From Nitrospirales bacterium (GTDB lineage Bacteria > Nitrospirota > Nitrospiria > Nitrospirales > UBA8639): 64,000 bases of DNA. The notes below the pieces were generated by a model. It was given only the letters and a program-made list of their open reading frames with translations. It did no database searches and was not told where the DNA came from. The stretch covers positions 1,824,001 to 1,888,000 of the forward strand of contig OY820905.2 in NCBI GenBank assembly GCA_963555755.3, in the 5' to 3' direction. How positions within the stretch are numbered: the stretch's first letter is position 1; each line of letters begins with the position of its first letter. The position numbers and the translations under genes were made by a program. Positions 49,728-60,345 of the stretch are shown in pieces.

Positions 49728-52700
49728 GAGACCCTCGCCGTCGACACACGCGTGGCACTACACGGCAGCTTGACCGTAAAGACAGTCCCATGGCCTTCTT
49801 CGCTTTCCACCGACAATTGTCCGCCATGTCGCTCCACAATCCCCAGGCTCACAGACAAACCCAACCCCGTACCTTCACCCGTGCGTTTCGTCGTAAAAAA
49901 TGGATCGAAGATATGTGGGCGAACATCCGCGGCAATACCCGAACCTGTATCGGCAACCTCGATCTCGCACATCTTTCCCACGACGTGTGTGCGTAACGTA
50001 ATCATCCCCCCTTGTTTCGTGGCCTGAATGGCATTGAGCAGCAGATTGGTAATCACTTGTTCAATCATATGCGGGTCAACAAACAACGAGGGTAAGTCCG
50101 GGGCCAAATCTTTTTCGAGCTGCAACCCTTTCTCAATAATCGCATGATTGGTGAGCACCAGAACCCGATCAATGAGCACATTGATTGCACTCATCGTAAA
50201 TTCCGGTTCATGTTGCTGAGAAAAATCGAGCAATTGCCGAACGATCTTCTGCGCCCTCCGAAGACCATCCTCCATATACATGAGGTATTCCTCTTGTCGC
50301 TCCGGCGCCAAGGTGCCTTTTCGAATGTTATACAGACAGTTCAGAATTCCCCCCAACGGATTATTAATTTCATGGGCAACCCCAGCCGCCAATTTCCCCA
50401 CTGACGCAAGCCGTTCGGTATTGCGAATGTGTTGTTCCATACTTTTCCGATCGGTGATATCGCGAGCAATCCCCAGGACACCCACCACAGTATCCTGGTC
50501 ATTGCGAAGCGGAGAGACACTCACCAACACTGATCGAGTTTCCCCCGTCCGGCTCATCACTTCAATTTCATATTCCTGTTTGACCGGCATGTTCAAAATT
50601 TCTTTCAGACGTCGCCCACGATGTCGCTTGGACAACAGGCTCAGAAAGGGCCGCCCGAGCAAGTCCTCTTTCTGATACCCCCAGATTTCGACCTTGCCAT
50701 TGACGTAGGTAAAACACTGATCATGATCTAACGTATAAATCACATCGTTGGCATTTTCCAAGAGACTTTCCAAATATAACTTGGTGCGTTGAATTTCCAA
50801 GGTCCGTTCCTGAACTTTTTCCTCTAATTCTTCACTGTAACGTTGAAGCCGGGCCTCTAATTGTTTCCGCTCCGTAATATCCCGGAGTTGGACCATCACA
50901 ACGATGGTCGTTTCCTGTTCCACTCGAATGAGATCCATTTCTACAGACAGTAACCGGTGCTCCGCATCATAGACCTCGATCTCCGTGGTCGAAACTTTTT
51001 CTTCACCCGAGACAACGGTACGTAATAGCCCAATCGTTAGCTGGCGAAACGATTCAGATACCACATCAGTCAACGGGTGATGAATCAATGCCGATTCCGG
51101 ATAGCCCAAGACTTCCTGCTCCCGCTCATTCACCGCAACGATGATTCCATCGGAATCCACCATCAAAATCGAATCAGCCGAACGGTTAAACAAGACACGA
51201 TATCGCTTCTCCGACTGTGACAATTGCTGGGTTTGGACAGACACTTCTTCTTCCAATTTTGACGTGTATTGTTCGATCTGGTGTTGCAGCGCCTTGCGTT
51301 CCGTCACATCCCGCACAAAAGCCCGCGTATACACGAGTTCGCCAGAATCAGTGTCAACCAGAGCCGTGGAGTGAATCTCCACATCAATAAATGCACCTTC
51401 ACGTGTCACAAACACTGTTTCAAGTGTTCCTTCCCGTTGATGGGATAAACGTTGAAAATACTCTAATATTTCCGGTCGCTTGTCAGGCGGCGTGATATCC
51501 CACAAATACTTATCCAACATGTCTTCCAGCGAATAGCCAAGTTTCTCGAGCTCAGTCTCATTGACATGAACGAATCGACCGGTTTTGTCGATCTGATGAA
51601 TCATTTCCGGCGAGTTCTCGATTAAGTCCCGATACCGTTCCTCTAACTGACGAATCTCACCCATCTGGTCGTTGAGTTGCGCAAAAGACTGTTTCAGATT
51701 CGTGGCCATTTTATTAAACGCGTTGGCCAAATCTTCAATCTCATCACCCGTCGGAAGAATGAGATGGTGATCCAAGTTACCGCTTCCGATTCGCTGCACA
51801 CCATCCCGCAACGTTTGGATCGGACTCACGATTCGCCGTGCCACGAAAATACCCGCCAGCCATAAAATGCCGAACACGATAATCCCGTATGTCGCCACTT
51901 TGATGAGCATTTGATTCAATGGGGCGTAGGTCTCACGAGGATCCTGCCGAACATAGATCACCCAATGACGACCGCCAAAACTCTCGGGCGCTAACGGGTC
52001 AGCCATGCGCAACCGCGCAAATCCCACAATCGAATCCTGAGCCCCATGCGAATCTCGTTCGGCTTGCACCCAGCCAACAGAGGTTTCCTCAATAGCCGCG
52101 ACAAGTGACGGTTGAAGAAGATGCCGTTCAAGTGAGAGAACCGGACAGATCAACGGAGTCCCATCACTGGACATGAGCATCGCATGCCCGGTCGAACCAG
52201 CCGTGACTTCGGAAATGGATCGGTATAATGAATCGCGCCGCAACAAAATACTTACGGTGCCAACCGCACGAACCCGCTGTGAATCAAGGATTGGGACCGC
52301 CACATTGAGAACATGTGTCCCAAATGACGGGTCAAAGGACAGCTCACTCACATACAGTTGCCCGGCCCCCTGATGAAACGCCGCCTTCCACCATTCACTT
52401 TCGCCATGGAAAAACTGAACTTGGGGTAGTGAACTCAAGACAATGGCACCTTGATTATCCGTCACCAAGATTCCAAGGTAGTCGGACTTCCGAACCGCAT
52501 GCCAATCCATCAAATAATTCGTCGCAATCTGGTTGACAAACACGGGAAATTCATCAGGGTCCTGACGTTGCCGCCACCGCTGCCGCCATTCCTCGATAAT
52601 CGCCTTGATCTTTTCTGCCTCCCGGCCTTCATAACTACGATTCGCCTCCGTCACTGCGGTCCGGATAAATGGAAGGGTGGCCAATTGCTGCGCTTCATTG

Positions 52701-52903
52701 ATCCCGCGCATAATCTGAGTCTCAATTTTTCTGGCAACTTCAACGGCAATGCCTTTGAAATTTGAACCGCTCGTCTCGCGCAGAGCTCGACGCTCTTCAA
52801 CATAGGTGAGGATCAAAGAAAGGAGGAGCGGGAGAAGACCCACTAGCACCATCCCAAGGATAGTTTTCCGTTGAATGCTCTGTGACCACTTCCACCGTTT
52901 CAT
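49724..52903 (-). CDS. Sensor histidine kinase (periplasmic Cache-like, HAMP, three PAS domains)
   Basis: Two TMs, HAMP (DEIEDLANAFNKM), three PAS ending RD(V/I)TERK/TDRK, AHEINNPL, NLLLNAIQA, DTGSG, GTGLGL; 4-bp overlap with the regulator. Confidence 0.96.
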   Translation of the reverse strand: MKRWKWSQSIQRKTILGMVLVGLLPLLLSLILTYVEERRALRETSGSNFKGIAVEVARKIETQIMRGINEAQQLATLPFIRTAVTEANRSYEGREAEKIKAIIEEWRQRWRQRQDPDEFPVFVNQIATNYLMDWHAVRKSDYLGILVTDNQGAIVLSSLPQVQFFHGESEWWKAAFHQGAGQLYVSELSFDPSFGTHVLNVAVPILDSQRVRAVGTVSILLRRDSLYRSISEVTAGSTGHAMLMSSDGTPLICPVLSLERHLLQPSLVAAIEETSVGWVQAERDSHGAQDSIVGFARLRMADPLAPESFGGRHWVIYVRQDPRETYAPLNQMLIKVATYGIIVFGILWLAGIFVARRIVSPIQTLRDGVQRIGSGNLDHHLILPTGDEIEDLANAFNKMATNLKQSFAQLNDQMGEIRQLEERYRDLIENSPEMIHQIDKTGRFVHVNETELEKLGYSLEDMLDKYLWDITPPDKRPEILEYFQRLSHQREGTLETVFVTREGAFIDVEIHSTALVDTDSGELVYTRAFVRDVTERKALQHQIEQYTSKLEEEVSVQTQQLSQSEKRYRVLFNRSADSILMVDSDGIIVAVNEREQEVLGYPESALIHHPLTDVVSESFRQLTIGLLRTVVSGEEKVSTTEIEVYDAEHRLLSVEMDLIRVEQETTIVVMVQLRDITERKQLEARLQRYSEELEEKVQERTLEIQRTKLYLESLLENANDVIYTLDHDQCFTYVNGKVEIWGYQKEDLLGRPFLSLLSKRHRGRRLKEILNMPVKQEYEIEVMSRTGETRSVLVSVSPLRNDQDTVVGVLGIARDITDRKSMEQHIRNTERLASVGKLAAGVAHEINNPLGGILNCLYNIRKGTLAPERQEEYLMYMEDGLRRAQKIVRQLLDFSQQHEPEFTMSAINVLIDRVLVLTNHAIIEKGLQLEKDLAPDLPSLFVDPHMIEQVITNLLLNAIQATKQGGMITLRTHVVGKMCEIEVADTGSGIAADVRPHIFDPFFTTKRTGEGTGLGLSVSLGIVERHGGQLSVESEEGHGTVFTVKLPCSATRVSTARVS

Positions 52904-53876
52904 TTTGGTAACACGTATCCCAAGTGGAAAGTATAAGTTATTAATTTTCCAGTGAATTTTTTCAGGGAGATCTAACCCTTGTCAAGGATTGGGCTTCATT
53001 GGACAGAGCAATCAGGCAGGGTGTTGAAAAATTAAAAAACCCTCAGAAGCCGTTCATGGCTTCATGAGGAACGCAAATCACCAGTTGGCGGTACAGAATG
53101 CGCAGCAGCCCCCATCAGCGCCAGAAACTCGAACGGCTGTGTCGCGACATCACGCGCCCGGCCTTGGGCCACAAACGCCTGCGCCGCACCCCGGCCGGTG
53201 AGGTCGTGTTGCAACTCAAAACCCCGTACCGCGATGGTACCACCCATCTGGTGATGACCCCGCTGGAATTCCTGCAACGCCTCGCGGCCCTCGTCCCACG
53301 TCCCCGGCTCCATCTCATTCGCTTCCACGTGCTGGCACCCAACGCAGCCCTGCGCTCCCAGATCGTGCCCGGCGAGGCCGACCAGGCGACGGACACCACC
53401 GATGGGGACGGCGAGCTCTCCTCGGCCACAACGCGGACCCGCCTGCGTTCGGCGCAATTACTCAAACGCGTGTTCGCCATCGACATTACCACCTGTCCGC
53501 AGTGCGGCGGGACGTTGACCATCCTCGCGGCGATCGAGGATCCTGCGGTGATCGTCAAGATTTTGAGCCACCTGGGCTTGTCTACCCGCGCTCCACCACG
53601 AGCCCCGGCCCGGCTCGACGCGTTCATGCAGACAGCCTAATCTCCCCCCTGGATTCCGGTTCAGTTCCCGAACCGACACTCCCCCTTTGCCCAATTCCCC
53701 CACTCACACCCACAATGGAGCGACAGGCTGGCCCGATCCTGGAAAAATGGGCCGGTCAGACCCTCCTCCTTGGATGCACACCCACATTTCAGACGGCGGA
53801 GTCTGCGGATTAACCCTTCACCGAGTTCTTTGGTACTTTCCTCTCCAGTCAAAAAGGCCTTTTAAAATTCCTATTC
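52903..53876 (+). mobile_element. Direct repeat copy 1: about 190 bp of non-coding DNA plus an IS91/ISCR-like remnant ending at an oriIS-like end
   Basis: Homologous to 58897-59860; ends AAAGGCCTTTTAAAATTCCTATTC. Confidence 0.8.
53098..53640 (+). pseudogene. IS91/ISCR-family transposase, C-terminal fragment
   Basis: LERLCR.ITRPAL, LKTPYRDGTTHLVMTPLEFLQRLAALVPRPRLHLIRFH, LKRVF.IDI..CP.CGG, ILSHLGL..RAPP. Confidence 0.88.
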
Positions 53877-54266
53877 TCCAATTACAAGGCTCTCCGGATC
53901 TGATATAAGTGCATTCCAATCTTTTGGATCAACTCGGATCCCGGTTAATTTACCCGGCTCAACCTCGTATATTCCCATGGAAACTATTTCTTTTTTCAAC
54001 CTTACCTTCATACGGTAAAAAGGCATCTCTGTCACATAGGATCTTTTGTGTGATAAATCAGAAAAACGCAGATCTGATCTCAGATGATCTAATAACTTAT
54101 CGATACCCTTGCGGGATCCTGCCACAGTCGCATTAAGTCCCTCTTCAGCTAATAAAATAGTCCCTTTAAGATCTTCTGCTTCGCATAGCTCAAGCAGTGG
54201 CATGCGTAGTCCTTGATGATCCGCCAAGCGGACAAATTTATACATTGCAACAACAATAATATTCAT
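53871..54266 (-). pseudogene. trhO: TrhO/YceA (UPF0176) rhodanese-related protein, 3'-truncated
   Basis: YKFV, LKGTILLAEEGLNATVAG, PFYRMKVRLKKEIVSMG, W..LI.DP. It stops just before the expected rhodanese DxRN motif, at the oriIS-like end. Confidence 0.85.
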
Positions 54267-54431
54267 AATTATCTCTAATTTTTATATCTTGATGTAATCA
54301 ATTTGATCGATTGTAGTATCGATATCACCACTTGCGGTATTCCTTGAGGGGATAGCTGGAGGGGATAGTGCTATGAATGGGGTAGACTTTTGGAAAAGGG
54401 CAAAGGGAAAGGCTTTTATGCGTCCGATACC

Positions 54432-54857
54432 CTACTTGACCTTAATCATCGTAGGTTTGCCGATATCCCCTATCTGGAACACTAATATCTCCAGGTCATC
54501 AGAGAGACTCAGATTCATGCCAGTCACCGCTTGACCAGCATCCTTGGCGAATACCTCTCCCGTCTTAAAGGTTTTAGTTTCACCTTCACTCTCCACAGTA
54601 AGTTCACCCTCCAACACGTAAACAAAGATGGGTCCTGGATGCATATGCTTATCACCAACAAATCCCGCTGAGATCCCGAAGTGAGTAATCGTCACCTCCT
54701 TACCTTCTATCCCGATCCCGGTGATCGGTGCCTGGTAGAGTACGTTCTTCAGTGACCTAGGCACGTACTCGTTGTCGGCGATCGCGGGAAAACTTGCTGT
54801 TCCCATCATCGTAACTAATAACAGCGAGATACTAAATAACTGTTTCATTTTTTCCAT
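54432..54857 (-). CDS. Exported cupin-domain protein
   Basis: Signal peptide; KHMHPGPIFVYVLEGEL. Confidence 0.85.
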   Translation of the reverse strand: MEKMKQLFSISLLLVTMMGTASFPAIADNEYVPRSLKNVLYQAPITGIGIEGKEVTITHFGISAGFVGDKHMHPGPIFVYVLEGELTVESEGETKTFKTGEVFAKDAGQAVTGMNLSLSDDLEILVFQIGDIGKPTMIKVK

Positions 54858-55024
54858 TTTAGTTTTTTCCTTTTTTCTATTTAGGAAATAGGATTTATAA
54901 AAGGCCTTTTTGAGAGAATCGCACAGTACCAGATACGGGTCAAGTCTTTGGTTGACTAATACTTTTCACGGAGAATTTGGAGGCGGGGGGAGGTGGGGAT
55001 GGCATAGGGTATGGGGTCAAGACT

Positions 55025-56493
55025 CAATACTGTTCACTTAGATATCTTCGGTGGTTTGATGGATGGTGTCCAGTCAATTTGCGCAACGGGCGGTCTCGGA
55101 CGTTTGTACGGTGCGTATGGAGAGTTTCGGCGTTTCACCATCCTCGGCTTGATTTTTCCACGACTGGATTCACACAACAGTTTCGCCGTCGCCTCAAACA
55201 GCAGCCGATACCATGTTTTTTGGCGCTCAGGGGGGAAGGGCCCCAGATTGGGGCAGGGTTCGACGCACTAACTGCACCGTGGCCGTAAAAGATACCGTGC
55301 GGTCAGGGATGTCTGCCTGGGTGGCCCCTTGATACATCAACCAGCGCACGGCGTAGTGGGCCATCACCCATCCGTAGAACTCTTGACGCACCAACTCTGG
55401 CGTTTTACTGCGCAGGACGCGACGACGTTGCCTCAGGTGCGTCTTCAGCTCATCAAACACCAATTCCACCTCCCAGCGCTCGTGATACAGTTGAGCCAGG
55501 TCCTGGGCGGGTGCGCCTTGGTCATCCAGCAGCGTGGTGACGAGACGGTACAGCGGTTCGCTATTGGGCCCCTGCGGTAAGACATACTCAATCACCCTGA
55601 TGGCGATCCCATCAATTCGCTTTCTTCTGGCGCGTTCACTGGGATACAGATGGCTCAGGTACGAGCCATCGTCCAACAGCTTGTCAACTGGAAGGATCAA
55701 GCTCTTCGGCATGCGCCAGAGTAGTTGCGCTCCGGTCTGAAGGCCGGCCTGCCAATGGGCGTACCCGACAAAGCCGCGATCGGCCATGCAGAGCATGTCG
55801 GGCGTGAGGCGACGCACCAAGGGCGCGGCCACCTCCCATTCGGCCTGCTTATAGGCCCCTAGTTCGGCATCCAAAATGGCGTGACTGGCACATTCCGTCA
55901 AAATGGCGCACTGGGCTTGGGGGTAGCCGGCCTGCCCGGTTCGGCTCCCTGGGTACCCAAAGACTTGCACATTGGCTTCCTCATCCGGGACCTCAAAGTT
56001 GGAGCCATCTATCGCGACGAGTCGGTAGCCTGCAAAAAAGGCGTGGGCATGCTCTGGACGAGCCAACGGGCGCAAGCAGCGCTGTCCAATGGCTTTCAGC
56101 GCCTTCCACGTCAGCCGTGAGCGGGCTTTGCTGATGGCTGATTTGACAACGGTCACGGGAGCAACGGGTTTGTGGTCTTTCCATGCCAGCCCTTGGGCCA
56201 CAGCGGCAAACACCGCTTCGTACGCGGCCTCGCTGTATAAGCTCAACGCCATGGTGTAGTACACCACGGCAGAAGCGGGAAAGGTGCGGACACGTTCACT
56301 GTTACAATGATGTGCGTCAAGTTCTTCGTTGATGATGGCCACCGGAAAGGCACGAGCCAGTAATCCCGTGCTCAAATAATCCGCCAATCGAGCCCCCGCC
56401 CCCAAGCCGACTTTCTTTCTTGCCATGTTGCCTCCTCCCAGATTACGTGTGGAGGCGAAGTATAACAGATTTTCATCTAAGTGAACAGTATTG
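55025..56493 (-). mobile_element. IS4-family insertion sequence
   Basis: TIR CAATACTGTTCACTTAGAT; 10-bp TSD GGTCAAGACT (55015-55024 and 56494-56503). Confidence 0.95.
55227..56426 (-). CDS. IS4-family transposase
   Basis: VAIDGS, ADRGF, YHERWEVELVFDELK (YREK motif), LRSKTPELVRQE. Confidence 0.95.
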   Translation of the reverse strand: MARKKVGLGAGARLADYLSTGLLARAFPVAIINEELDAHHCNSERVRTFPASAVVYYTMALSLYSEAAYEAVFAAVAQGLAWKDHKPVAPVTVVKSAISKARSRLTWKALKAIGQRCLRPLARPEHAHAFFAGYRLVAIDGSNFEVPDEEANVQVFGYPGSRTGQAGYPQAQCAILTECASHAILDAELGAYKQAEWEVAAPLVRRLTPDMLCMADRGFVGYAHWQAGLQTGAQLLWRMPKSLILPVDKLLDDGSYLSHLYPSERARRKRIDGIAIRVIEYVLPQGPNSEPLYRLVTTLLDDQGAPAQDLAQLYHERWEVELVFDELKTHLRQRRRVLRSKTPELVRQEFYGWVMAHYAVRWLMYQGATQADIPDRTVSFTATVQLVRRTLPQSGALPP

Positions 56494-56705
56494 GGTCAAG
56501 ACTTGATTTAATACATTTTTAACTGGTTAGTTGCTTCTCGTTCTTCCGTTTCACCGAGTAGGTCTCCCACGTTTCTCCCGTCGTTCCCTTCCCGTTTTCC
56601 TTGCTGCAATTTCTTCTTGCTCTTGCCTTAGCTGCGTTTGCCCGTCGTTCCTTGAAGAAACGCATCCAACACTTGGGCAGGGAGTCGAGACTTGATTTAA
56701 TATCT

Positions 56706-57603
56706 TATGCCTTCCCATTTGACTAAGGTTAGTCCCTAGACTAGTCTGCTGGACTATGGACACAGGGTATGCTGCTGATATCTTGGATTTTTCTGTTAGG
56801 TTCCACACCGAAGAAGCGTGCTTCGAGTACTTGCGGGCGATTCGGTGGCCAGACGGGTTTATGTGTCCAGCTTGCGGTCATCGCGGTGGTTGGTGGCTCA
56901 AAAAATATTTCCGGTTTGAGTGTTCGTCGTGTCATAGACAGACATCACCGCTAAGCGGCACAGTGATGCATAGATCGCACTTGCCGCTACGGCTTTGGTT
57001 TTGGGCTGCCTATTTCGTCTCCACGCACACACCTGGCATCAGTGCTGTGCAATTGCAGCGTCAACTCAGTATCAAGAAGGTGGATAGCGCCTGGTATTTG
57101 CTCCACAGATTGCGACGAGGAATGATACGACAGAACCGTGAACGGCTCGCAGGAACAGTTGAAGCCGATGAAACCCATATCGGTGGACCGGTAAAAGGCA
57201 AAACGGGCCGTGGCGTCGCGAAAGCGAAAACCAAGACGTTAATAGCCGGAGCCGTAGAAATTGTCACGTACACACAAGGGATCACTTTCGAGAGAAAGCA
57301 GGGCGTTTACGGCAGCGATTCTTCCACGCTGGAGAGAACGAGATCAAAGCATTCCTCAATAGCCATGTCGCTGAGGGCTCAGATAACCGGCAAAAGCCTT
57401 GCCCCCAAGCCGAACACCTTTCTTGCCAGGGTGCCTCCTCCCAAGTGATTAGAGCGTTCGGCAATCTGCAGACCTGGCTGAACGGGATTCACCAAGATGA
57501 GTTTGTCTTTCGCTACGCACCGCCGTGAGACTCCAATGAGTGACCAGCAGCTCAAAACCCTTGGGATTCAATAAACTGAAGCAACCTTAGTTAAAGGGAA
57601 GGC
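56706..57603 (+). pseudogene. IS1595 copy, degenerate in its 3' half
   Basis: Essentially identical to 7760-8771 up to about 57280, then many small deletions and frameshifts. Confidence 0.85.
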
Positions 57604-57618
57604 TTGATTTAATATCTT

Positions 57619-58606
57619 ATGCCTTCCCAGTCCCTAGACTAGATGGGGACACAGGGTATGCTGCTGATATCTTGGATTTTTCTGTTAGGTTCCACACCGA
57701 AGAAGCGTGCTTCGAGTACTTGCGGGCGATTCGGTGGCCAGACGGGTTTATGTGTCCAGCTTGCGGTCATCGCGGTGGTTGGTGGCTCAAAAAATATTTC
57801 CGGTTTGAGTGTTCGTCGTGTCATAGACAGACATCACCGCTAAGCGGCACAGTGATGCATAGATCGCACTTGCCGCTACGGCTTTGGTTTTGGGCTGCCT
57901 ATTTCGTCTCCACGCACACACCTGGCATCAGTGCTGTGCAATTGCAGCGTCAACTCAGTATCAAGAAGGTGGATAGCGCCTGGTATTTGCTCCACAGATT
58001 GCGACGAGGAATGATACGACAGAACCGTGAACGGCTCGCAGGAACAGTTGAAGCCGATGAAACCCATATCGGTGGACCGGTAAAAGGCAAAACGGGCCGT
58101 GGCGTCGCGAAAGCGAAAACCAAGACGTTAATAGCCGGAGCCGTAGAAATTGTCACGTACACACAAGGGGATCACTTTCGAGAGAAAGCAGGGCGTTTAC
58201 GATTAGCGATTCTTCAAGACGCTGGAGAGAACGAGATCAAAGCATTCCTCAATAGCCATGTCGCTGAGGGCAGTAAGATCAAGTCCGATGGTTGGAAGGG
58301 ATACTCGGCAAAAGCCTTGGCAGGATACGAACACCTGAGACGGACCCAGGGTGACCCAGCAAGTGCTGGGAAGCACGCTCCACACATCCATAGAGCGTTC
58401 GGCAATCTGCAGACCTGGCTGAACGGGATTCACCATGGAGTGGATTCAAAATACCTGCAACACTATCTTGATGAGTTTGTCTTTCGCTATAACCGCCGTG
58501 AGACTCCAATGAGTACCTTCCAGAGTTTGTTGAAAATCCTGACCAGCAGCTCAAAACCCTTGGGATTCAATAAACTGAAGCAACCTTAGTTAAATGGGAA
58601 GGCATA
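57619..58606 (+). mobile_element. IS1595 copy with a damaged 5' end; transposase ORF 57672-58589
   Basis: Near-identical transposase; right TIR followed by TAATATCT, which also precedes 56706 (8-bp TSD). Confidence 0.9.
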
Positions 58607-58636
58607 TAATATCTTTTAAGCTGGTTGGTTGCTTCT

Positions 58637-58818
58637 CCTGTTGAAAAAGTCCGCCAGCGGCGTTCTCGGTCATTTGCCGTGCTCACGTACTGCCGTACGC
58701 TCCGCGCGCCAAATGCCCTGCGGCCTTGCTGGACCTGGCTTCGCCGAGCCCTCCTTCGCCGAAGTGGCTACGAAGGCTGAAAGCGGCTTCGCGCAGGCGA
58801 GCGGCCTTTTTGAACAGG
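58637..58818. mobile_element. MITE-like element, family E (inverted) with an internal palindromic cassette
   Basis: CCTGTTGAAAAAG ... CTTTTTGAACAGG; core shared with other E copies. Confidence 0.8.
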
Positions 58819-58896
58819 CCCTCTGCTTGTGATGAATCAGGGAATTGGTCAAATGGAATTTGGCGCTCAGACATTTTTTAGTTACTCAACGGTACC

Positions 58897-59860
58897 TTTT
58901 GGTAACACGTATCCCAAGTGGAAAGTATAAGTTATTAATTTTCCAATGAATTTTTTCAGGGAGACCTAACCCTTGTCAAGGATTGGGCTTCATTGGACAG
59001 AGCAATCAGGCAGGGTGTTGAAAAATTAAAAAACCCTCAGAAGCCGTTCATGGCTTCATGAGGAACGCAAATCACCAGTTGCAATACAGAATGCGCGGCG
59101 GCCCCCAGCAGGGACAAAAACTCGAACGGCTGTGTCGCGACATCACGCGCCCGGCCTTGGGCCACAAACGCCTGTGCCGTACACCAGCGGCGAGGCAACT
59201 CAAAACCCCGTATCGCGATGGCACCACCCACCTCGTCATGACCCCGCTGGAATTCCTGCAACGCCTCGCGGCCCTCGTCCCACGTCCCCGGCTCCATCTC
59301 ATTCGCTTCCACGTGCTGGCACCCAACGCAGCCCTGCGCTCCCAGATCGTGCCCGGCGAGTCCAACCAGGCACCGAACACTCCCGATGAGCACAGTGACG
59401 CACCCTATGCCTCCACGCAGGCTCGCATGAGCTGAGCGCAATTACCCAAACGGGTCTTCGGCCATCGACATGGCCGCCTGTCGGCAGTGTGGCGGCCCCT
59501 TGACCTTCATCGCGGCCATTGAAGATCCTGCCGTGATCGTCAAGATTCTCGCCCACCTGGGTGTGCCCACGCGTGCTCCACCTCGGTCACCGGCTCGCAT
59601 CGACGAATGCTTTCAGACAGCCTAAGCCCACCCTGGATTCCGGTTCAGTGCCCGAGGCGACACTCCCCCTTTGCCCAATTCCCCCACTCACACCCACAAT
59701 GGAGCGACAGGCTGACCCGAGCCTAGGAAAATGGACCGGTCAGACCCTACTCGTAGGATACACTCCCGCATTTCAGACGGTAACGTCTGCGAATTGACCC
59801 CGCAACGGGGTCTTTGATACTTTCCGGTTTAGGCAAAAAGGCCTTTTAAAATTCCTATTC
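58897..59860 (+). mobile_element. Direct repeat copy 2: IS91/ISCR-like remnant (frameshifted) with an oriIS-like end
   Basis: Same leader, transposase fragment and terminus as 52903-53876. Confidence 0.8.
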
Positions 59861-60270
59861 CCTGAGTGATATCGTGGGAACTGTCAATCGCAGCCTGAGA
59901 GGGTGGGCGAATTATTTCCACTATCGTAACTCAAGTCTGGCGATGAACAAGGTCAGAAATCATGCGGAAGCCCGGCTGCGAACTCACTTGATGAAACGCC
60001 ATAAAGTGAAGGCTCGACGAAGTGGTCTCGGCCGTTTCCCGCATGCTGATCTCTACGGGCGTTATGGGCTGTACAAAGTTCCTGTGGGACCGGGCTGGCG
60101 CTCGGCGCATGCCTTGGCTTTAAGAACATCGGAAAGCCGTGTGCGGGAAAACTGCATGCAGGGTTTGATGAGGGGGCGCTGGTCATTTCTGACTGCTCTA
60201 GCCCGGATTAGGCGCGTGCGTCGAAACGTTCGAGAGCAGACCCAGGATGAGCACCAGTGCTCTACTCTAC
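59861..60270 (+). mobile_element. Group II intron 3' remnant (maturase X-domain end, domains V and VI)
   Basis: VNRSLRGWANYFHY; DV AAGCCGTGTGCGGGAAAACTGCATGCAGGGTTT; DVI GAGGGGGCGCTGG...CCAGTGCTCTACTCTAC ending in AC. Confidence 0.9.
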
Positions 60271-60345
60271 CCCATTTCATCCTGACCCCCATCCCTTATC
60301 TCTTAATATGGTTTACCCTCTTTTTTTTCCTCTTCGAATTTCGTT

